64,000 nt of DNA from positions 115,692,001 through 115,756,000 of the forward strand of contig CM068743.1 in assembly GCA_035084275.1 (NCBI GenBank). The letters are read 5' to 3'. Within the stretch, counting starts at the first letter, position 1; every line of letters begins with the position of its first letter. This document shows, in pieces, positions 34,746 to 47,111 of the stretch. The stretch is from Hydrolagus colliei (Eukaryota). Under the pieces are notes generated by a model, which made no database searches, had not been told where the DNA came from, and saw only the letters and a list, made by a program, of their open reading frames with translations. The position numbers and the translations under genes were made by a program.

Positions 34746-37329
34746 GCTTCCCCCACCACCCAGTAGCTTTGGCAGAAAGAAAGAAGATAGAATCTAAGAA
34801 TCACTGAACTAAATCTCTGTCACAACATGAATTAAATCAGTTTTCTCTCATTGCTCAGTGACGGCAGATTGGATCAGATTCCATGGGCACAGCTGTGATA
34901 GAAAATGAGTGTAGGCTGGCAGTAATTATCAAATGGGAAGAAATTAGTAGCAATTCATAATGTGTTCCTTGTGCTAATTATGACAAGAACTGTTATGAAA
35001 CATGGTTAAAACATCACCATTGTTTATTTACACAGTCATGGGCAAGTGAAGCAATGATCTATTTCAGTACAGTTTATGCAACCAAATTGTGCATCTGTAA
35101 GTAAACAGGAATACGGTAATTGTTTTTTTTTGCGGGGACAAAATTCCTTTAATACTGAAATTATAGTTGTTAAATGATGAAAAGCAAATGGATAACTTTG
35201 CTAGCTTCCAAGGGCACTAAGATTGCCAAGGGTTAAAGCTGCAGTTACACATGCTGCAATTGAAGGCAACGCATTGCTGAGGATTAGCAGCTAATTTACG
35301 GTGAATTCTGCCAAGTCTTTCTTCACTGCTGTGAGATGCCATTTGGTGCCAGAGAGAGGAAAGAAAAAATTGGGGATTTTGAAGAGCACGACAGCCACCC
35401 AAACCAGTCTCCTCGACAAAGCTGCCTTATCAGTTGTTGATGAGGTCCTGTCCAGGCCTGGAGACAAGCAGTTTCCTTCCCGCACCATGGCACTAACCTA
35501 CTGTGGAGCCAGTAAGGAGTTGATAAGCAAGGGGAAAGAGTTTTAGGAGCCTGGCCTATCTGGCACTCCAAGAGGCAATGGGACATTTTCCACGGTTACC
35601 TTCACAGATATACATCTGAATCTGGATAACAACAGAGGAAAGCAGAACATCAACTGCCAGTAACTACCCTTAAGATTCCCAGTGGGGAATTAAAGGTTTA
35701 AGTTAACATTTTCCTGCGGCATCATGAGCAGTCAGCAGGGTGGCCATAATGTTATGCTTCTAGCCAGACAGGCTAAAGCTAAATGGTTTGTGTTCAGTTT
35801 GAGGAGGGTCCACTATCAGCTACTGATATAGTGGGTGATTATTAGCTCGGATAATGGGTGGTGGGGGGGAGTGGTTGGGGGGTGGGGGGGTAATGGGGTG
35901 GGTGGGAACTAACTGAAGAATTCACCCCACACTTTAGTATTTGGTTTGTTTCTTCACAGTGTATTTTACCCAGTGAGTGACATAATTTCCATTCTACGGG
36001 GACCGGCAAATCTAAATTCCAATATAATATCTTAACTCTGTGAATTTATGGACATCGTAATGTTTTATTCTCTTTATCCATTACCGAGGCAACTTGTTCA
36101 CAGAGTAAACCAATGAATAATTGGTTGAGTGCTTAGTAATGACTGGCCCTGGTGTCAAAGGTCATAGAACATGGGCATTAAATTCAATTTGTGTTTTGTA
36201 CAGAATTGTTCCTAATCCTTCCATTTAGAAATGGGTGAAAAAACGGATCTTTACCTATTAAGTTTACAGGCAGATTCCACTGTATGCGCCTGACAAATTA
36301 GACGGGTTAGGCATAAAGTAATCCTTGGGATGGAAGATTTACTCAAAATATATTCTTAGCAAAGAGGAAGAAGCATTGTTTCACCCTGTCCAGTGAACTG
36401 ACTGGAGGTAAATGGGCTGTTCTTGGAGCTCAGCTGGCTGCAAGGTGACAGGCCTCGTAATGCAATATCAGAATCAAACTTCTGAGGTGATCTCAGTCTG
36501 ATTCCTGATCCAGGCGGGTCCGTAATATTTCAGGGCACTCTTGATAACAGCACAGCCTGCCTGGCTCATTGGCAGGACTGGGAAGGGCAGACCAGTCACT
36601 GGTAACATAGTTTTTTTTCCCTCACTCAGCTCCTGTTAATCCTATAAAACAAAGCTAATGCTAAAATATAATCACGCAATAATCAATAATCACAAAGTCA
36701 TACTAATAATCACCCACTCTATGGGTAGAGTGGTCTTAGCTGGATATATAGTGAGAAGCTTGCTAGGTGCTCTCATGTGGCAAGTTATATGGCTTCAGCT
36801 TCAGCTGGTTCAACTCCACCAATAGCCCTGCACACTTTCTGGAATCCCCAAGCCATGTCTCGAGCCAACCTAGGCCTCTCTGGAATTAAGCAACCAAGCA
36901 AAGAGTGAGCATTCTATTCCAGACGCAGGACTCATTCTGGTTTGGGTACTGTTTCACATCAGAATTGCCGTGTGTGATATCACTGGGAATATTATCATAT
37001 GCCTCAGTTATGAACCCTGCAACATTTTTCATAGCTCATGAAGCTTGTAATGAAACATCCTATTCTTCATCTGCAATATAGTTGACAAAGGGAAAAGTGA
37101 CAGGCAGGAATCTTGGAGGACAAAGGGGTGGGACATTACACCTTTAAACAATTTAAAGTCAAATTGCTCAGTGGAACATGACAGCATGGTGTTGCTGGAT
37201 GTGTTAATGCAATATGTTCTGTTATCTGAATTTGCCCAGCATGCTACGCTTATCCTGGATGTTGAGCAGAGGCTCAGACTGCACTCGTTGAGCTTGCTTT
37301 TTTTTCCCCTCTGCTATTATTTTGTGGGG

Positions 37330-37621
37330 TGACAACTCCTCTAATTAGTGCTGAGACTTGTGAGAGTCTGTCAGCCTCCCACTTGCTGTAAGAAATTGGC
37401 AACTGATATCGGAAAAAGAGAGAGAGAGAGAGAGACAGAAGGAACTAAGTCTGCTAGTCCCAGCCTGGCTTGCAGACAGAAGACTGTACAGTATTAAGAG
37501 CTTCCAAATAATGGAGAGCAGGGAGCTGGGGAGAAGAGGAGCCAGTAGATAAGAAACAGCAGAAGGAAACTGTTTGTTGACAGAAAATAAATAAAGTTTC
37601 AATTGACCCTGCAGGGTAAGA
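37330..37621 (+). other. Candidate first (5' UTR or lncRNA) exon with (GA)n tract and splice donor
   Basis: Purine-rich repeat-free block, (GA)n at ~37417-37435, ends AGG|GTAAGA (GT at 37616). Confidence 0.35.
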
Positions 37622-38089
37622 TATATATTTTAATTTATTCCAGGGTCAAATACTAACTAAATAATTACGGATGAGGTTTGCCATATTCGCTGAAACATTA
37701 ACATTAGCCAGAAAATATTTCAAACTGCTCCCTGAAATGCCTTCTGTCGGCCAAAGGAAAAGTTGGAAAGAGATTTGCAGAGCTGAAAATCTTTGTCTGT
37801 TCAATGAAGAAAAACAGCCTTAATTCAGATCAAGCCTGATGTGTTCAAAGTGATTTGAATCAGAGTCCTTTTCAAAATAAGATATGTGTTTGATGTTGCC
37901 ATGTCATCTTTTGAGATTTACACCATTGTGCAAGCAATAATATGAACTGATGCCTGCTGATCTTCTGTTTTTAAAACCTCCACTGCATAATGTACAGACG
38001 TGGGGAGTCTAAAAGTACATCAGTCATTACTTCCTGTTATCCGAGGCCCTATTCCAAAAAAGGAATGCTCTGAATGGCACTCTCAAATG

Positions 38090-38490
38090 TCGCTCTACTC
38101 AGTTGGTAGCACGTGCGCCCTTGCATCCCAAGTTGTGACTTCAAACCTCACATCAAGTCTTTGAGTTCATAGTGTAGGCTAACAGTACTGGGGGAGCATA
38201 GCATTGCCCAAAATGCCATTCCTTGGATGAGACAATAAATCAAGGTCTAATCACATGAATGTTACAGATCCCATGGCAATATTCATGAAAAGCGGTACCC
38301 TGTCCAGCAATCTTTCAGATAAAATTAATGATTTACTTCATGGCTGTTTTGTGGGACAATGCTATGTGCAACTAGTCTGCTGCAATTTCCCACACATGCA
38401 CAGTCACTACACTTTACAGTAAATCCTGTGAAGTACTCCGAGATGTTTTGACAATGTTACAATGTTCTATATTAAACATAATAATTATTA
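38090..38490 (+). mobile_element. Full-length Deu-domain SINE
   Basis: ctcagttggtagcac head; ttggatgagac; gatcccatggca; gtgggacaatgc; tail. Confidence 0.8.
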
Positions 38491-39009
38491 TTTTAATAAT
38501 AAATAAATATAATCACAACACATTATTCTAACAATAACTTATTTTAATAATAATAATAACTTATTTTAATACTAATTATTGTGATAGTAATTTCTGGTTC
38601 TTAGAAATTTGGGATAATAACCATACACAATAATCTCCATGTAGTGAATGAGGGTATAGAAGGCTCTATTCATAAAGCAGTTTTTTTTTGTAGTCTTCTG
38701 ATTTGAAAATATTAAGATTATGACATTTGTAGCCAGTAAATCAAATACCTCGGGTTAGCAAATTCTGAACAAAGGCAACCATGAAACAGCAATTGATGCA
38801 ACAATCCATTTTGCCCAAACCATTAATATAGCTCCATGAAACACTTTCTTTTTAATAGTTTCTGAAAACATTACAATCCAATGCCATTCACCATTGAGTT
38901 GTTACTGAAATCGTACTACAGATTTTGCAAACAAAAATTCTGAATAGGACCAGATACTGATGCATTTTTATTTTTATAGAAGCCATCTAGCTATACTGCA
39001 AACACTGAA

Positions 39010-39400
39010 CTATGGGGGCCTCAGTAGTTTTGCACATTGTCCTTTGAGACATGGGTTTTAATCTAGCCCAGACTGCCAGGATAAAAACAATCTCTGCCTG
39101 TTGACTATATGGAATGAGTTTATGTAACCTCAATCCCATTGTGGGTGTGAACCCTCAGCACAAAACTGCTCTTCATTTGGCACTAAAAGTTGGCAATCTC
39201 AGTCTGAGAGTGCACAAGTTATGAAGGGAAAAAATACCAGTCAGGTTTTCCCATTCCAGTTTTCCTTACTGGAAAATGCATGCATGAAAACAGGATTGGT
39301 TGTGGTTTTCCCAAGTCTAATACTATATCAACACTCACTGTTTAGATTCAGGCAGAAAGAATGATTACTTGGGAGATGTACTGACGATGGGAGTTGTGAA
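39010..39400 (+). mobile_element. LF-SINE-like tRNA-SINE
   Basis: gggttttaatctagcccagactg...ggaatgagtt...cagcacaaaactgc...ttggcactaa..ttggcaatctcagtctgagag follows the remembered LF-SINE motif order; same family as 17295-17535. Confidence 0.6.
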
Positions 39401-39894
39401 TTACTGTTATCAACAGAGAGGGATAGGATAATATATTTCAATTAAACATTGACTGTTGATGACATCAACAGTGCTAGGTAATAGTGTAAAAAATGTTGTG
39501 ACGATCCAGGATGAAATTATCTTGGGAACGGAACATTATATGGGGTTGAAAAGTAGCAGGCAGTCAGGTCTCAATGGGATTCACTGATAGCCGTAAGTAC
39601 ATCCCGAATGACTGGTGGAATGTCTGCTCCCACAGTAGATTGTGGGTATCCCTAAGTTATAGCAATGTGTTGTCTCTGTCACAGTGAATCCCTCAGCAAA
39701 TGCTGATTTTTGATTTGAGCCTTGATAATTACCTTGATAATTTTTTGGGAAAAGCAGCATACTGTACCATATGGACACAAACAACTCCTACATCTCAATT
39801 GTTATGATTAATGATGGTAATCCTCTCATTTGATATTGTGTTTATCACATCATCGAAAAGTTGGCGCTAGTATGTTTCTAGGTGAACAAATGGG

Positions 39895-40300
39895 TATCAG
39901 CCTATGTTAGTTGGTAACACTCTACCTTTAATTAAGTCACAAGATTGTGGGTTCAAGTGCCACATCAGGGCTTTGAAGTCAGAGTCTGGGCTGACACTTC
40001 TATGCAGCGATGAGGGTGTGCTGCATTTTAGAGGTACCATTTTTGGAGGTTCAAGTGAGAGCTTAAACCAAGATCTCAACTGTCTTTCCAAGGATGTTAA
40101 ATACTTGTAAAGAGAAGGGAAGGCCAGTGCCCTGGCCAATTGCCAGAAAGAAAAGTTCATTCACAATATGGCTGTTTGTGGGACATTGCTATGCACAAAT
40201 TTGCTTACACATTTTCCTATACTTAATAGTAAAATCCTGCAAAGCACTTTGAGACATCTCAACAGCAAGATAACGTGCCACATCCAGTGAGTGGATGATT
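39895..40300 (+). mobile_element. Deu-domain SINE
   Basis: agttggtaacactc...tgtgggttcaag...ggctgacacttc...gagggtgtgctgca...ttaaaccaag. Confidence 0.8.
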
Positions 40301-41419
40301 ATTAAACAGTTGTGACAAAGTTAAGCTGGAACTTTAGTCAAGGGCATCAGGCCTTATTCAGGTTTTAATATCAAACAATCACTTGATTGTGTTGCAAAAG
40401 TTGTCAAGAAAGCAGAAAAAATGGGCATTAAAGATCGTCTCTATTTTGCAGCTGTTTAACTGGAAAGTGCTGGGCCTTCAGATGATTGATGTCCCCTCCC
40501 TCTGACCTTGATTAACCTTTTAGTTGTTGTGTTTTGTACAAATATGTCACCCCCACTACATCAATCTGCCAACAGGTTCTTCTGCTGGTGTTGTTACCAC
40601 ATGTTACATTGGGGGGTTGATATGTGTAATGTAGTGGGGAGTTTATTGCCAGGACTAGTTACTCACACACTAGGGCATGTTTGGGTCTAGCTTAGTTTGT
40701 TTATTTAGGAAAAATATTTATACAGGGTAGTCAATAAAACATAAACCCAGCGAAAATGAGTACATTGAGACCTTGTGTAAAGAGATAAAAATACACAAAC
40801 CCTACTCCTAGGTTGTGGATGAAAAGACTCTTTGGGCAAATTTGATGTCTTGCTTTGAAGGAAAATAAAATCTCCTCCATTTCTCGGCATCATCCACTGA
40901 ATCATCCACCACAACGGCATAACACTTTCCGGTGGTAGAATTGATTTTGATCTGTGGGCGTTTTCCGGTGTCTCCTGGCAGCTGGCTTCAGGCACTCTGG
41001 TGAATGTCTCGGAACAGGTTGCTCGGATTCCAAACAGGTGTAAGGCCTTGCTGAGAAAGCGTAAAGGATGAAAATGACTCCAAGTTACTGCTACAATTGA
41101 GATCAGGTAACTCGATAAACAATAAATCGTCCAGGTTTGTACAGCTCAGCACCACAACTCACAAAGGGCTAAGTGAACCTATTGGGATTTTGACCCAGAA
41201 GTTCATCATCCTAATTACTATAATCATTAAACTATTGTATCATTAGGACATAGTGGTGGATTGTACGACTGCATTTACCATGACAATGCTATGGGGGGAG
41301 GGGGATGTTCTTCCATATAAATGTTCCCCATTAAACATCATGTATCATGGGAATGAAAATGGCTCACAGGAGTGCAATATGTCTCAGAACCTGGGTAAAT
41401 GTTTACATTCAAGGTTTAC

Positions 41420-41482
41420 TTTCCAGCACTTTGGCACGTCCTCCCGATGTGAACGGTACTATATAAATATAATTTCTTTTTG
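41420..41482 (+). mobile_element. L2 3' tail only
   Basis: ccagcactttggcacgtcctcccgatgtgaacggtactatataaat. Confidence 0.7.
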
Positions 41483-42944
41483 TCTTATATGTACATACAT
41501 GTCGAAAATAGGACTAATACATGGAGAGATAGAATTGAATGGGTATAGCAATCTCATTCGTATGAGCCCCTTACAACTGTATAAGATTAATATCATTTAT
41601 TCCTCCATCACTTGTAACTATTCTTGAATCCACATATAGGAATGGCATGTTTGTCAGGCCACAAATACCTGTTGTGTGGGGTTCCTCAGAAAATGGTAAA
41701 TTGTTAAAGATCTCTAAAGATTGCATACACTATGGCAACCTATTGCTTCAAATTATTGTATCTACATTACAAGACTTAATATCAACTCAGTAAAAGTTTC
41801 TAAAACTTTAATTGAAAAACATACCATGTGAAAAATGTGGTTTCTTAGCAGATTTGCTGACACATTTGTTCAGAAAAATTACATTTATTATCCTTTTATT
41901 AATCTTCATTGAGGTATAAAGCTTTCAAAATTTGTACTTTCTGAAGGTACAGGATTCTTTAACAGAAATTTGTATAAACAGAGAAGATATGAAATAGAGT
42001 AAATAGTCAAAACAGAGGCAGCAGTTTTTTTTTCAATTCGAAAACTGTCCTCCTGTGGAAGTTGACTTTCTTGGCTGTTTTTTTTTAGCAGGAGCTGATG
42101 TTCAGCTAATTCTTTTAAACAGTTGTAATTTATCTGTCCCTGCTGCTGAGAGTGTTGAGTGGAAAGGGTTTCATTGTCCCTCAGTGTGCTGTGGCTCTTC
42201 AACACCCACGACTCCTGCCTCATGTCAAAGGAGAGCAACTCATTTCTATTAAACGTCTGTCAGCCTGAATGAGGCTGCCCAGAGAGCAATCACAAGGCGA
42301 AATTTGATTAGAGGCACAGAAAGAGCTGTGCAGAACAATTAGACAGGCTCATATTTTAAAGCATGGTCCTCTTTTATTGTCCTGCTAGGGCTGCATTTTA
42401 AAAGTAATAAAATCACATCTACACAACTTTCCTATTTACATACATTAGCCTTGTCACAAAGTAAATCGCATTTGTGGGGGAAACCTAATTGTGCTGATGT
42501 ATTTGTACAGTAACAAGGAAAAAGTGGCCAGATTCTGCAATATTTTCTGCTGTTGTCAGGTAAGTATGGGTTTCAAATCACAGTACTACTTGGGTGATTA
42601 TATAAAGATGATAATGTATTCAAGTGCAGGTTTTGTAATGACTAGCTTCCAGTCTTTATTTTTCTGTCTATTTTGTCATTATTAAAAGTGACTGTTTCTT
42701 TAATGCAAACTTTGGATTTCAATACCAATTGGATAAAGATACATTCTTCTGCCATGTACAAAATTCAAGAATAATAGGTCATATCTTTAAAATAAGGCTC
42801 AAGAAAAGAGAATAGGAATATAAACATATGATTTTAATAAAAGGGTGAAGTGCATATGGAATGAGCTACCAGCACACATAATGGAATAACAATCTAGACG
42901 ACAAAGAGTTTCCAAAGGGAAATGGACAATGCAGTGCTTCCCAG

Positions 42945-43261
42945 TAATAATAACAATAATAATCCTTGGATTTGATATAGCACTTTTCACATATTTTAGA
43001 CATCTCAAATCACTTCATAGTGTAAAATGAATTGACTGTATTCAGTCGAAATGAGGGCAAAATACGGCAGCCAATTGTGCACAATAGTGTTCCACAAACA
43101 GTCGTGGATTGTAGTGACCAATTTATCATTGTGTGTTTCTTAGGGATTATTATCAGGCATGTGGAGTAAGGAAACTTGCCCAAGGTTTCACCCTGCCTGG
43201 AATTGAACCCAGGTTTCTCGCTTGTAAGGTGAGTGCTCTAACCACTAAGCTACAGGACTCC
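42945..43261 (-). mobile_element. tRNA-SINE, short (young) form, full length
   Basis: Reverse complement ggagtcctgtagcttagtggttagagcactcaccttacaagcgagaaacctgggttcaattccaggcagggtgaaaccttgggcaag...gctatatcaaatccaaggattatt. Confidence 0.9.
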
Positions 43262-43533
43262 ACAAATATCAAGCTGGACCGCACTCAAGTGTCTATGTAG
43301 GGCTTGAACTCACCTGTGATGCAAAAAGCATAAATGATATTTACAAACCCTAGCTGACACTTAATGTTTTGGAGGCTTAGAGTACCTTGTTTAGCTGTGT
43401 GTTCCAGTTTTACTTTGAAGATAGTAGGACATGGACATACACTTCTCATTAAAAAGTGACTACATTTAGGAATTACTGTTGCAAGCATTTGGAATGTGAA
43501 TTTTTAAAATGGATAATGGTGCAAATCTTGCAT

Positions 43534-43573
43534 AAGATATGACTCCTGCTATTTCTAGCAGGAGTCATATCTT
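43534..43573. repeat. Perfect 18-bp inverted repeat with 4-nt loop
   Basis: aagatatgactcctgcta-tttc-tagcaggagtcatatctt. Confidence 0.97.
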
Positions 43574-44789
43574 TCTGCTATTTCTGTTCAGAAATAGAAG
43601 TCGTACCTAAATAAAACTAAGTAATTTGCATCACAACTGTTTGTTTATAATACCCCAATATTTAAATATTCATTTTATGGGCACATTTGTCTTGTGGTGG
43701 AGGTTGTGTAACAAAATTATATAAGAGGGAAGCAACAGTGGCACAGAACCTTTCAAGATAGCCAAATGAATTACACTCAAGCTGGTCTGCAGCATTGTCC
43801 CTGCTTCCTGCCAAAAATTGGTACAAAACTCTTTCAGATCCAATAAAGGCAAAGTTTAGAACTAACAAAGAGGGCGATGAGTGAGATTTTGGAGTAGGAA
43901 AACAGCAAAATTAATTTATGACCTGCTGGGGTTTTGAAAATAGACCCCTTAGTCCTATTTAAAATCTATTTGCACTTCCCAATTACAGCCGCAAATGTGT
44001 CCCAATGGCTGATTTGATGCTTGTGTTTAATGTAAACTAATAAGGATGTACAGCTGCTCATTACCAGTTATGCTTAACATGAGCCTAAAGGTGGAATGAG
44101 AGATAATGCAGGCATGATGGACTATGTGCAAGCTGCAAGGGTTTATTGGATCTTGTATGCTGTTAATGGGGAGAGGAATCAATGTAGATGGGGAGACTGT
44201 GGAGATTGTGATTTTTACAGTGTAATAAGGAAATGCTCTTGTTTCAGAAGTATATAATTAATTATCTTTATCTGTTTCTGGTGTATCATTTCCAGATCAC
44301 AATTACAATTAGTAGCCTTGGCTGCAACGAAAAGGTTTTAGTTTTTAAAATATTTACACTTTGGTGTTTATAATTCTTTACCAATCACACTGGAAAAATT
44401 AGAAAGCATGAAAACAGTTTGGCCTCTAAGTAGCTATGCTTATCCTTTTGCTGGACACCAAGATAAGATTTAGCTGCAGACTTTCAGAAATATGTTGGTA
44501 AACTAATTTTGATAAAAGTTTGCGATGATAGAAATAACTGGACAAGGCTTTTTCAATGTCAAAGTGCTTTTTAAAAAAATCCTGCACAATTCTACCTTGC
44601 ATATCCCTTAATCAAATTCTTCTCCAAATTACTCTTTAATTTAATTTGCTAATTGATGGTATTATCTACACACATTGCCATCTTCCATAGTCTATTTAAT
44701 GCTCTGTTAATAATTATATCTATACTGTTTGATCATTTTCCCTTTTCTGAGTTTGAGGCCAAGTCCCTTGTTCTAGGTTGCTGAGGACC

Positions 44790-45052
44790 TGCACCTTAAT
44801 AAGAGGACGCAGATTTTTACCCAAGGTTAGTGAAAATCTTGAACTCTCTCTCCCAAAAGACTGTGGATGCTGTGGACTGTGATCCATTCATATCTGCAAG
44901 ACTGAGGTGGATAGCTATTTGTTAGATCAGGGTATTAAGACATGGGGCATGGGTGGGTAATTGGATTTGAGGTACAGATCAGCTGCAATCTTATAGAATG
45001 GCAGAAAAGACTTGAGGGGCTGAATGACCTACTCCTGTTTCTATGGTTTCTA
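44790..45052 (+). mobile_element. CR1 LINE 3' end
   Basis: gaactctctctcccaaaagactgtggatgc...gaggggctgaatgacctactcctg CR1-type 3' UTR. Confidence 0.8.
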
Positions 45053-45883
45053 TTTGTGCAAAAAGCTTATACTAATAGAATGCCAAGGGCTATGTATTCG
45101 GGTGTCATCTTGGCTCAATTGGTAGCATTCTCACCTTTGAGTCAGAGGTTGAATTCACAAAATCTAGAAACCGGTGGTGTTCAACCCTTTTGGTCGGCAA
45201 ACAAAATAAATTTTCTTTATCTAATAAATCAATAAATATTGAAACAAAAAAAACCTGGAAACACACTACTGATCGAGGATGATAGGATGGATAATCTAGA
45301 GAGATGAGATTAAAAGAGGCTTATCATCTAAATCTTGTGATGTTACCTTAGATGACTGGGTTGGATAGCTATTTATTAGATCAGGGTATTAAGACATATG
45401 GGGTCAATTAAGGAGTGGGCTACTTTTAAAAGCTGTATGTCCGCTTATTGACCAGACCTATTAAAGCCCATCTGTTTACAGAATAGCACCACAATCAATT
45501 GGTCATCTCTGGTATGACTTCAACCTTGTGTTAAGTGGGAATTCACTGGAGCAGTGTAGCATTCACTTGAATTCCCATTTAACCAAATAAAAATGTCAAC
45601 TCATGCTTCTTAGGAAGGCAAATTCTACTCCTTGGAAGTCAACTCTTCAATGTGAGGATGAATGCTTGATAGACTCTATGTAGCTGTGGTTTCTTTCTCT
45701 TTGTGGCTGACCTTTTGGTTTATGCTTTTTTTGCACAATATTAGCTAAGTTTTTGGAGAGCCCCTTTAAAAACCATTGGTCATAGTAGCTTTCACATATA
45801 GTTGGAATCTCTCTGAGATGCACCTGCACTATCTGCATACAAATTTGGTTAAACCAAACAGCTGAAAAGGTCTAAAATAATAC

Positions 45884-46184
45884 TAATAATAATCATTGCA
45901 TTTGATATAGCTCCTTTCATACCTTCTAGATGTATCAAAGACAGAATACACTGTAAAATGAATTGACTGTATAATTGTGGGCAAAACATGGCAGTCAATT
46001 GCATGTAGCAGTGTCCTACAAACAGTTGTGGATTGAAGTGATCAATTTGTTACTGTTTTTTCTTGAGGGATTATTATCAGGCGTGTGGAGTAAGGAAACT
46101 TGCCCAAGATTTCACCATGCCTAGAATTGAACTCAGGTCTTTTGCTTCTGAGGCTAACCACTAAGCACTGAGCTACAGGACTCC
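45884..46184 (-). mobile_element. tRNA-SINE, short form
   Basis: Colinear with 42945-43261. Confidence 0.9.
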
Positions 46185-46504
46185 ACTCAAAGATGAAGTT
46201 GAATATAACTTGTGCTCAATTAGGGATGAAAATAACACAAATATACAACAGTGCAATAAATTTCATCCAAATGGTCCTTTCTCATTCTGCTTTTCATATT
46301 ATCTTTATCCTCCACCTGCAGAAATTCACCATGAATCACTCCAGCAGAACTAACAGGGTTGTTAGACCACCTAAACACAACCTCTGATACCATAGAACTA
46401 TCTATTTAAGAGATGCGCCAAAGGGGTGGTGGGAGTTGGTGGTGGTGGGTGGGTGGGATTTGTACACTGATTACCCTATTTCTGGTCCAGATGGTGGGAC
46501 TCAA

Positions 46505-46566
46505 TACAAAAAATACAAAATTACATTTGTATAGCACCTTTCATGGTGGGAGGACATCACAAAGCA
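46505..46566 (-). mobile_element. L2 3' tail only
   Basis: caaaattacatttgtatagcacctttcatggtgggaggacatc. Confidence 0.75.
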
Positions 46567-47111
46567 TCAGGTATGAGGAGGAAGAAATAGGACAACCCCA
46601 AATCCAAATATTCTGTGGCAATCAATCAAGCAATGTGTGGTGCCATTCACTTGCTGGTTCACCACAAATGTATAATACTCTCTATATTATTATTATTAAA
46701 ACACACTTGTGATACATTGCAGCCATTAGATTTTCTAGATGTATGCTTTGTTCAGTAAACATAATTCAAGTACACAGTTGTGGACGTTGAATCTGAATCT
46801 GAATCTGATTTTTGCCAGCAGCGACAATTGTAGAGGGAGACAAACCTCTGCTGTCACTGGAGTGTATCTACTAGTTGCGGTCTTGTAGATAAGTGACAGC
46901 CTGAGGTACATGATGTGTGGCATCTGCTAGCTGTTTTGTCTGTGTAATCAAGCTGCTAATTGACACAGTCATTTCATCAGCAATGACGCAGACCTGCCGA
47001 GTCCTGATCTCTTTCCCCAGCTAGGCCTGTAACTGGAACTTTCGGTACTCGCACACTTTCAGGCACATTGTCAAACTGTTCAGTTCTTGGAAATGGTGAG
47101 GGTCAAAGGTT

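Noticed and set aside
43190-43261. tRNA genes (A/B-box sequences here and at the other SINE heads)
   Set aside because: Each continues into a SINE body and tail and lacks a proper acceptor stem, so they are SINE heads.
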